DNA from: Nanohaloarchaea archaeon B1-Br10_U2g1
GTDB taxonomy: Archaea; Nanohalarchaeota; Nanosalinia; Nanosalinales; Nanosalinaceae
Assembly: GCA_001563875.1 (NCBI GenBank)
Contig: LKMN01000001.1
Span: 68,811-132,810, forward strand
DNA length: 64,000 nt
Direction of reading: 5' to 3'
Under the pieces are notes generated by a model that was not told the origin of the DNA, searched no databases, and worked only from the letters and a program-made list of their open reading frames with translations. This document shows, piece after piece, positions 56,593 through 64,000 of this stretch; position 1 is the stretch's first letter; every line of letters begins with the position of its first letter. The position numbers were made by a program, and so were the translations under genes.

Positions 56593-57021
56593 TCAGAGAT
56601 ATAGACCGTCCAATGCAGCCTCTGCAAACTTATCGAATTTAGAGCTAAACAGCGGTTCGGCGTCTTCAAGCGTCATTCTGCCGGTCGAGGTTAGCTGTGC
56701 GCCGAACTGTTTTCTCCCCGAGTTGAGAACATCTATGTCTCTATCCTGTAGGAACTGGTTCAGCTTCTTGTTTTCTTCTTTACCGTGTCTATCGAAATCT
56801 GTCAGTATAACCGTTCTCTGACTTCCTCTTTCTAGATCTTCTGAAAGGTCTTCCATTGTTCTTTCTGCGGAAAGAAATATCTTGCCGGTGAAACCTAGTC
56901 TTTCTAATACTCTTTTATCGCTGAATCCTTCGACTACAGCAGAGTCAACATCTCTTTCCAGCTTCCTTACTTCTCTCTCAAGTTTTTTACGCTCTATAAA
57001 GGCCTTCTTACTTGGATCCAT
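56593..57021 (-). CDS. Small TOPRIM-domain protein
   Basis: VVEGFSD and ILTDFDRHG. Confidence 0.88.
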   Translation of the reverse strand: MDPSKKAFIERKKLEREVRKLERDVDSAVVEGFSDKRVLERLGFTGKIFLSAERTMEDLSEDLERGSQRTVILTDFDRHGKEENKKLNQFLQDRDIDVLNSGRKQFGAQLTSTGRMTLEDAEPLFSSKFDKFAEAALDGLYL

Positions 57022-57136
57022 CGCATTTAAGTTGGCTTTGAAGTTTGATATAACTAATGATGACAGTCTTCTAACTCTTTAACATCTTGGAGATCTATCA
57101 CTGTGTTTTTGTAATCTGTAACCTAAATATTGTCCG

Positions 57137-57721
57137 ATGAGATCTAATAGAGACCTGGTAGACTATCTGAAAAGCTCAGGCTATATAAAGTCGGAAAGGG
57201 TTGAAAAAGCATTTAGAAAGGTTGATAGAGCCGAGTTTGTACCCTCTGAGCTTCAAGATTCTGCGTATAAAGACCGACCGTTATCTATAGCCCAGGATGC
57301 CACAGTTTCAGCTCCACACATGGTTGCAGTTAATACGGAGCTGCTTGATGTAAAAGATAACTCCAAAGTTCTTGAGATAGGTTCAGGTTCAGGATACCAA
57401 GCAGCTATACTTTCTCAAATATCTAAAGAGGTAATAGGCGTGGAAATACAGGAAGAGTTAGTAAGAAAGTCTAGAGAAAGGTTAGACGATTATGAAAATG
57501 TTGAGATCCTTCATGGCTCAGGTTTAAGTCCGGTAGAAGATGTCTTTGATAGGATACTTTACTCAGCGGCCACAGATTCGTTCAAAGATTCAAGAGATTA
57601 TCTTGATGAAGATGGTGTCATTGTAGCTCCGGTAGTTCAGAACGGTTACCAGCTGCTGAAGAAGTATAGTGGCGGAGATATATCTACTCATGGACGTGTA
57701 AGGTTTGTTGAGATGGTTTAG
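57137..57721 (+). CDS. pcm: Protein-L-isoaspartate O-methyltransferase
   Basis: VDRAEFVP, AYKDRPL, TVSAPHMV, VLEIGSGSGYQAA, VRFV. Confidence 0.93.
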   Translation: MRSNRDLVDYLKSSGYIKSERVEKAFRKVDRAEFVPSELQDSAYKDRPLSIAQDATVSAPHMVAVNTELLDVKDNSKVLEIGSGSGYQAAILSQISKEVIGVEIQEELVRKSRERLDDYENVEILHGSGLSPVEDVFDRILYSAATDSFKDSRDYLDEDGVIVAPVVQNGYQLLKKYSGGDISTHGRVRFVEMV

Positions 57722-58935
57722 ACAGCATTGACTTTTTTGCCTAGCTCTGGGTTGACTGATTTGCTGTAAAGGCTGTTTACTGAGTCTTTATATGCTTCAA
57801 ATGATTCTTTCATATCGTTGTAGATTATCTGGAAGTCTTCAGTAACCTCAAGCTCATGGTACAGAACATTATCTTCTATACGGCCTAGTCTTTTACGGGA
57901 GTTTATCATTGACTCCTTTATTTTTCCTGGCGCTTTTTCCGGTAATACTACCTTTACAGAGTGTTTTATGTCGTTCTGTGTTCTTACTTCAAGTTTGAAT
58001 CCGAAGCCATGCTTATCCTGTATTTTTATTCCTTTGTCGGTGTATTCTTTTTCCGTCTTTACTTTCGGGGTGAATAGCTCTGCTATCTTGTCCGGCGATA
58101 CTATTCCTGCAGTCTCCATTATCTCGTTTTCTACCTCTTCCGGCTGTAAAACGTATTCAGAGTCGTATTCTCTGAACGTGTTTATGGAAGCATAGAATAC
58201 TTGTTTATCTAGGTTCTCCAGCCGTTTTTTCACTTCTTCTACCTTGTTGTCAACGTTTTTGACGGCGTTCCAAGAGTAAGGGGTATCGAATAAGAACGCC
58301 TCGTCTCTGCCCTCATGTGTTACAACAGCATCAACCGGAATTTCTATATCATAACTGCTTAGAGGCGGGTTCTTAACCTCCAAACCTATGTACTCGGTTT
58401 CTATATTTTTTAGAACATTCAGTGCTTTATCGAGCCGTTTTTCATAAGGCTTTACGGAGTTGAAAAGCAGTCTTGCCTGGCTTTGGCTCAACTGTTTTCT
58501 CTCAATCATTTTAGAGAGATCTCTCACTACTTTGTCGGTATCTGTGTATACAAGCTCTTTCTGCAGGAGCTGGTGAAATGCCTTGAACTTTACTGTTTCG
58601 TAGTCATCTATCTTGGGTTCTTCACGAGCTGTGACAAATAGTCCTCTAAACTTGTACTCTGATAGTTCTCCTAGTTCAAGTCCTGCATCGATAGGATTTG
58701 CTTTTAGCATAGATATATATTTCTCCATTCTTTCCTTGTCTTCAAAGTCTATTTTTGACTTGTTTTTAGCGTCTATCACCCATATCTCTTTCTTGTTTTC
58801 TCTGGTTATACGGGCAAAGCAGTCGGGTCGTGAGTCATCGCTGAGGCTTCCTACTCTTTCAAAGAAGTCGAAGAATCCTTCGTACTGTCTCAAAACGTCC
58901 AGGACGTCTCTTTGGAATACGTCCCAGTCCTTCAT
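57718..58935 (-). CDS. Hypothetical protein with N-terminal PD-(D/E)xK nuclease-like domain
   Basis: FQRDVLDVL...RPDCFARI...WVIDAKNK. Confidence 0.7.
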   Translation of the reverse strand: MKDWDVFQRDVLDVLRQYEGFFDFFERVGSLSDDSRPDCFARITRENKKEIWVIDAKNKSKIDFEDKERMEKYISMLKANPIDAGLELGELSEYKFRGLFVTAREEPKIDDYETVKFKAFHQLLQKELVYTDTDKVVRDLSKMIERKQLSQSQARLLFNSVKPYEKRLDKALNVLKNIETEYIGLEVKNPPLSSYDIEIPVDAVVTHEGRDEAFLFDTPYSWNAVKNVDNKVEEVKKRLENLDKQVFYASINTFREYDSEYVLQPEEVENEIMETAGIVSPDKIAELFTPKVKTEKEYTDKGIKIQDKHGFGFKLEVRTQNDIKHSVKVVLPEKAPGKIKESMINSRKRLGRIEDNVLYHELEVTEDFQIIYNDMKESFEAYKDSVNSLYSKSVNPELGKKVNAV

Positions 58936-59855
58936 GTAGAACCCTCTTTTTCTAGTACTTGGTAGTCGTCGATTTCTCCATCTCCGTCTATATCTTGACC
59001 TCTGACCACTATATATGACTCCTGTTCCATGTATTCTTCTACATGGTTTTCCAGGTTTTTGAATGCTGCAACTGCTGCCTCCGTACCTTTATTTCGTACG
59101 CCAGCTATAATGAAGAGTGAAAGATCCTTGTTTTCCGGATGCCTGGTTTTTGCGATTACGCCTACCTTTTCACCTGTGAAGCTGGAAGAGGATGTTTTGA
59201 TCTCTCTATAGGGAAACTCTTCTCCCTCAAAGCTTACTGGGAACTGGTCGTTGTACTTCTTTGATACTGTATTGGTTAGAACTCCTCCGAGAAGTAGCAG
59301 GTTCTGTTGGAACTTTCCCGACTTCACAAGCTCTGTATCCATCAACACAGTTCTTTCTGCAGTATCAGTGTATCTGCCGAGTTTAAGACCGATTTCTCCT
59401 GCTAGATGTCCGTCTCTACCTCTTACCTGATCTGGTCCGTGTCTATCAGGCGATCCCACGACGATTTTTCCATTCATCTGCCCCTTCTTGATTAGAGGGT
59501 TCAGAAAGTGTCTGGTTTCATCTGAAAGTTTCTGAAAGCCTGTCGGATCTCCTCTACCCCCTATATCTATTATGAATCCGCCAGTCACCGGTTTATAGTA
59601 GGTTGCTAGTCCGCCTGAATGTTTTTCTTCCTTTACCTTTTCTATTAATCCGTTTTCTTTTAACTTGTTGAAATGGTAGTGTGTCTTCTGTTTGGTTATA
59701 CCTAAGTCTTCTGCAACTTTGGAGGGATAGCTAGGTCTTTCTGTTAAAAGCTCCAGTATCTGTCTTCTTGTGGGGTCGTTGACCGCCTTTAAGGCATCTT
59801 CATCCAGTTGCTCGGCCTTTACTGCCTCGCCGTTCTCTCTCAGAAATACAGCCAT
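58932..59855 (-). CDS. ArsR-family regulator with large C-terminal domain, divergent from glmS
   Basis: LKAVNDPTRRQILELL...YHFNKLKENGLI; C-terminal IVVGSPDRHG, NLLLLGG.LTN. Confidence 0.85.
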   Translation of the reverse strand: MAVFLRENGEAVKAEQLDEDALKAVNDPTRRQILELLTERPSYPSKVAEDLGITKQKTHYHFNKLKENGLIEKVKEEKHSGGLATYYKPVTGGFIIDIGGRGDPTGFQKLSDETRHFLNPLIKKGQMNGKIVVGSPDRHGPDQVRGRDGHLAGEIGLKLGRYTDTAERTVLMDTELVKSGKFQQNLLLLGGVLTNTVSKKYNDQFPVSFEGEEFPYREIKTSSSSFTGEKVGVIAKTRHPENKDLSLFIIAGVRNKGTEAAVAAFKNLENHVEEYMEQESYIVVRGQDIDGDGEIDDYQVLEKEGST

Positions 59856-59989
59856 TAAAACCATTTTTGTACCGGTATTATAAGTTTTTTACCTTTTTCC
59901 TCTCAGCATTAATAAAGACTCCGGAGACCGGTAAAAAACCAGTATTAAGCCTGTTTTATAACATATCAGTCCGCAAAAGGTATCTATAG

Positions 59990-61720
59990 ATGTGCGGCAT
60001 AATCTGTTACTCCGGCCATAGAAAAGCCTCGCAGGTAATAGTAGAAGGACTAAAAAACTTGGAGTACCGAGGCTACGACTCGGCAGGAATAGCAACACAT
60101 ACAGAACAGTCAATAGAGGTCGAGAAAGGAGAAGGAACCATTGACGAAGTAATCAAAACCGGTTTAAACGGAGATAGAGGAATAGGACACACCCGTTGGG
60201 CCACACACGGCAAAGTAAACAGGACAAATGCACATCCCCATACATCCTCAGACAACAGCGTATCTGTAGTACATAACGGCATAATTGAAAACCATGAGGA
60301 GTTGAGGAAAGAGCTAGGGAGAGAAAGATTCAAATCTGACACAGATACCGAAGTAATACCCCATCTAATACAGGACGAACTAGAAGAAACCGACGACCTA
60401 CAGAAGGTCTGCCGTAACGTGATGGAAAGACTTGAAGGATCGTTTGCTGCTGTCGCGCTTCTAGATACCGGCGAAAAAATTGCTTTCAAAAAAGGCTCTC
60501 CACTAGTTATAGGAGATGCAGGAGACGAGATATTCTTAGCATCCGACGTAACACCTTTCCTGAAGTATACCGACAAAGCAGTGTTTCTAGAGGAAGAGGA
60601 CTACGTTATTGTGGACGAAGAGTATACAATCTACAACTCCGGAGAAAAAGTTGAAAGAGAGGTTGAACATATTGACTGGGACGCTGAAGAAGCATCCAAA
60701 CAAGGCCACAGCCACTACATGCATAAAGAGATAATAGAGCAGACGGAAACGGTTAAAAGAGCGGCTTTCCAAGACCGTAAAGACCTGTTAAAAGCGGTTG
60801 AAATGGTTGAGAAAGCTGAAAAAGTCTATATAACCGGCTGCGGAACCTCAAGCTTTGCAGCAGAGCTCGGAGCATTATATCTTAGAGAAGCAGGCATACA
60901 GCTCGAAGTAGAACAGTCGCATGAGCTAGAGTACCGTAAGGACCAGATAAACAAGGAAGACCTCATAATAGGTATGAGTCAGAGCGGGGAGACGGCTGAC
61001 CTACTCTCACTGCTGAAGAAGACAGATGCCTCTGTACTCGGAATAGTTAACGTCGTAGGTTCAACACTTGACCGAGACTCAGAGCTATCATTATATGTCA
61101 ATGCCGGACCAGAGATAGGTGTAGCATCTACAAAAGCGTTTACAGGTCAGTTAGCAGTACTCAAACTTTTAGCAGCTGCAGCAGACAATAATATAGAAGA
61201 GGTAAGAAAAAGTATTCTTGAAACATCTGACAAGATACCCAAGGTTTTAGAAGACAATGACAGCAATATAGACCTTATAAGCAGTTATCTTAGCAATAAA
61301 AATGATGCATACTTCATAGGAAGATATAAAGGCCGTATAGTTTCTAAAGAAGCTTCTCTCAAACTAAAAGAAATCTCTTATATTCACTCCGAGGCATTTG
61401 CAGGAGGAGAGTTCAAACACGGGACTCTGGCGCTGGTAGAACAAGGAACGCCAGTCATAGGCTTCATGACCGAAGACACATCTAGTGAAACACTATCCAA
61501 TATGGCAGAGGCAAAGACACGTGGAGCAGATATTATAGGTATAGGAAATGTTGAAGACACAGGTTTTGACTACTTTGTAGATATTCCGGAAGACAACAAC
61601 CCTGAAATACTTCAGACGGCTGTAGCACAGCTCTTAGCATACAGGACTGCTTTAAAACGTGGAGAAAGTATTAACCCGGATAAGCCTAGAAACTTAGCGA
61701 AAAGCGTAACAGTCAAATAA
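59990..61720 (+). CDS. glmS: Glutamine-fructose-6-phosphate aminotransferase
   Basis: MCGII, LEYRGYDSAG, GHTRWATHG, SQSGETAD, INPDKPRNLAKSVTVK. Confidence 0.98.
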   Translation: MCGIICYSGHRKASQVIVEGLKNLEYRGYDSAGIATHTEQSIEVEKGEGTIDEVIKTGLNGDRGIGHTRWATHGKVNRTNAHPHTSSDNSVSVVHNGIIENHEELRKELGRERFKSDTDTEVIPHLIQDELEETDDLQKVCRNVMERLEGSFAAVALLDTGEKIAFKKGSPLVIGDAGDEIFLASDVTPFLKYTDKAVFLEEEDYVIVDEEYTIYNSGEKVEREVEHIDWDAEEASKQGHSHYMHKEIIEQTETVKRAAFQDRKDLLKAVEMVEKAEKVYITGCGTSSFAAELGALYLREAGIQLEVEQSHELEYRKDQINKEDLIIGMSQSGETADLLSLLKKTDASVLGIVNVVGSTLDRDSELSLYVNAGPEIGVASTKAFTGQLAVLKLLAAAADNNIEEVRKSILETSDKIPKVLEDNDSNIDLISSYLSNKNDAYFIGRYKGRIVSKEASLKLKEISYIHSEAFAGGEFKHGTLALVEQGTPVIGFMTEDTSSETLSNMAEAKTRGADIIGIGNVEDTGFDYFVDIPEDNNPEILQTAVAQLLAYRTALKRGESINPDKPRNLAKSVTVK

Positions 61721-61744
61721 GAAGTAAGTTAAAACAAAGATAAG

Positions 61745-62233
61745 ATGCTACCGAACCCTAAACTGTTGACCGCATTAACTGTTCTAACACTGATGTTTTC
61801 AGCTGTAGCAGCTGAAACCGCGGATCTGGACCAGTCTTACTTTGAGTACTTCCACAGTAACTTGGATACAGACGAACTTAAACAAGAGATCAATAGTAAC
61901 CAAGACGATATTCCGGGATTCGCCGCCAGCATTATCGGCGATCAGACTATAAATATAGAGTTCCAGGAGACCAACCAAACCTACTCCGTAGTTATGGAAG
62001 ATACTAAGATAGAAGAGTTTGATCGAGCTCATAACGAGAACGCTACACTAGCCGTATACGTAAACGAATCAACAGTGGATGCAGTTCTTGAATCTGAAAG
62101 CCCTATACAAGAGTTGAAGGACAGTTTGGATGAAGGAGATATAGAGTATGAGACAATGACTCGGTCAAACAGTGTGAGAATGTTTATAACTGAACGAGTC
62201 TTGGATATACTGTCCCGGTTCGATGTTTTATAG
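61745..62233 (+). CDS. Secreted hypothetical protein
   Basis: Signal peptide LLTALTVLTLMFSAVAA followed by an acidic body. Confidence 0.75.
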   Translation: MLPNPKLLTALTVLTLMFSAVAAETADLDQSYFEYFHSNLDTDELKQEINSNQDDIPGFAASIIGDQTINIEFQETNQTYSVVMEDTKIEEFDRAHNENATLAVYVNESTVDAVLESESPIQELKDSLDEGDIEYETMTRSNSVRMFITERVLDILSRFDVL

Positions 62234-62878
62234 GATTTTTACAGACACACCTGCTTCATCCTTAAATCTTTCCGGATCTGCTTCAGTACCTTCTACAACA
62301 TTGTAATGGATAGGTACAACAGTCTCCGGATCTATCATTTCCACTGCCTCAAGAGCTTCTTCCTGGTCCATAGTATACTTCCCTCCTATAGGAACGAAGG
62401 CCACATCAACATCAGAGACCTCTCTCATATCAGGTATAGGATCTGTATCTGATAGATGGTAGAAAGCTGTATCCTCTAACTCGAAGACTACTCCTGTGCA
62501 GAACCCTTCAGGATGGAAAGATTCTCCTTCCTCACTGTACTTGTCGACATTATAAGCCTTCACACCTCTAAACTTTACTCCATAGACCTCAACCTCTGTA
62601 CCAGAACTTATTATCTTGTAATCCATATCTTCGGGTACTTTGTCTTCAGAATGTTCCGTACATATCAACACTGTGTCCTCTTTCCTCAAGTTCTCTATAG
62701 CATCTAGGTCAAAATGATCAAAATGGTCATGGGTAGAAACTATGATATCCGCCTTCTCATAGCTGTCCATTACTTCCGACCAAGGATCAATGTAGATTTT
62801 CACACTGTTTTCAAGCTTTACAGATGCGTGAGCTAAGAGTTCTACTTCAACACCGTTAAAATCCGTCAATAGAGACAC
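62228..62878 (-). CDS. MBL-fold metallo-hydrolase (UPF0173-like)
   Basis: IYIDPW, THDHFDH, YHLSDT, FVPIGGKYTM, VPIHY. Confidence 0.9.
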   Translation of the reverse strand: MSLLTDFNGVEVELLAHASVKLENSVKIYIDPWSEVMDSYEKADIIVSTHDHFDHFDLDAIENLRKEDTVLICTEHSEDKVPEDMDYKIISSGTEVEVYGVKFRGVKAYNVDKYSEEGESFHPEGFCTGVVFELEDTAFYHLSDTDPIPDMREVSDVDVAFVPIGGKYTMDQEEALEAVEMIDPETVVPIHYNVVEGTEADPERFKDEAGVSVKIL

Positions 62879-62908
62879 CTCTATTATGTTTTTGTCAGCC
62901 AGTATTTT

Positions 62909-63559
62909 TCAAGGAATACTGCAGTCAACGCTTCTATCCTCTAACTCGGCGGACAGACCTTTCAAGTCAGGCTCTTCACCGCCGAACAGATAGGGAACAG
63001 TCTTCTCAGGCTTGATTCTTACAGCGGCCTTTACAACCTCTTCTGGTTCAAGATCTTTCAAAGACAGGAAACAGATATTGATACGGCTTTCAAGCTCTTG
63101 AGAGTTCTCGATGGAGCCCGTATCACCTGAGACGTAGAAACTGGTCCCTCTCATAACGAAACGGTACCCTATACCATCACCTAGAGAATGTGCCTCTACC
63201 TCTATACCAAAGATGTCCATTACCTCTCCGGTCTGGATCCGTTCAGTGTCTTGACAAGGAACACCCTCCTCTAAAGAGGAGGGTACAACCACACATGTAT
63301 TTTTCCCACAAAGTCTTTCAACAGTGCTGTGATTATAGTGTTCTTCACTTGTTACAAGTATTAGGTCAGCAGAACTTTTAGAGAAATTTTCCTGAGGATC
63401 AACAGAGACCGTGAAACCTTTATCCACAACAGTAACAGTTTTCCCCTCATCCACGTAGATATCGAAATCTCTGTAATCTAACAAAAACGGTTCCCCCTTT
63501 AAAACAAAAAGGTTTAATCCAGATTTTAAATCCATTACCCGAACATCCAAGGGTGTCAT
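62909..63559 (-). CDS. Degenerate MBL-fold paralogue
   Basis: VDP, ADLILVTSEEHYNH, FYVSGDT, PEKTVPY. Metal-binding motif eroded; start uncertain. Confidence 0.75.
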   Translation of the reverse strand: MTPLDVRVMDLKSGLNLFVLKGEPFLLDYRDFDIYVDEGKTVTVVDKGFTVSVDPQENFSKSSADLILVTSEEHYNHSTVERLCGKNTCVVVPSSLEEGVPCQDTERIQTGEVMDIFGIEVEAHSLGDGIGYRFVMRGTSFYVSGDTGSIENSQELESRINICFLSLKDLEPEEVVKAAVRIKPEKTVPYLFGGEEPDLKGLSAELEDRSVDCSIP

Positions 63560-63596
63560 TAAAAACCTTTACTGTATCAATTCCATTATACAGACA

Positions 63597-63679
63597 GCGG
63601 GGGTAACCAAGTGGCCAAAGGTGCAGGATTTAGGCTCCTGTCCGTTAGCGGTTCGCAGGTTCGAATCCTGTCCCCCGCA
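63597..63679 (+). tRNA. tRNA-Leu(UAG)
   Basis: GCGGGGG...CCCCCGCA acceptor stem, CAGGA-TT TAG GC-TCCTG anticodon arm, variable arm. Confidence 0.96.
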
Positions 63680-63877
63680 AGCTTAACTTTTTAATCTAAA
63701 ACCTGTTTCTGAGTACATCCAGACTTAAACATTTAATCTCTTTATTTCGGCTTCTCGTTCAGTAAATAGAATGTTTCTGTTCCGTCTTTCTCTTCTACTA
63801 GAAGGTGTGTCTTCTTGACTGTAGATTGATTTACTCTAGATTCAACATCTTTCAGTTCTTGGTTGAGAAGAATTCTG

Positions 63878-64000
63878 TTATTCCAGTTCTTTTCTGGTCT
63901 TTTTGAGAAGTCTTTCTGCTGATTTTATGGCTCTGTCAGCTTCTGTCTGTGATACTGATTTATTTCGGTACTGTATACTTGTTTTCTCATCTACTACCCA
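63878..64000 (-). CDS. Partial CDS (3' end), possibly HEPN-like
   Basis: WVVDEKTSIQYRNKSVSQTEADRAIKSAERLLKKTRKELE-stop; 5' end outside the window. Confidence 0.4.
   Translation of the reverse strand, partial: WVVDEKTSIQYRNKSVSQTEADRAIKSAERLLKKTRKELE

Noticed and set aside
2882-63381. Numerous antisense or nested ORFs (e.g. 2882-3430, 6176-6784, 7125-7610, 13262-13615, 42528-42947, 60073-60576)
   Set aside because: Mostly Ser/Phe/Leu-rich shadows of acidic genes on the opposite strand, with no motifs.

Overview
Archaeal chromosomal segment. The acidic proteome, moderate GC, archaeal ribosomal proteins (S17e, L40e), ABCE1, PAN-like ATPase, intron-containing tRNA-Trp and compact gene packing suggest a halophilic DPANN archaeon such as Nanohaloarchaeota (inference). 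Most of the window is housekeeping: alaX, ABCE1, ftsZ, gatC/A/B, glgP, trxB, msrA, gltX, nfo, nrdR-nrdJ, glmS and five tRNAs. Main unexplained structures: (1) a tandem array of three integrase-less gene cassettes at the 3' end of tRNA-Thr(GGU), 29856-34451, separated by att-like junctions with an (A)AGCCCC core and fixed-spaced GTTCAAAAGCTCA arm repeats; (2) a roughly 210-nt ftsZ leader with five UUGGGC motifs, four of them in hairpin loops, plus a long 3' hairpin; (3) an unannotated, highly structured element of about 240 nt at 24484-24720; (4) an ABCE1 whose Fe-S domain has no cysteines; (5) a YbaK-GatB/Yqey fusion downstream of gatB; (6) a 283-codon frame split by one in-frame TAG. Functional calls come from motif recognition only; no database searches were run.
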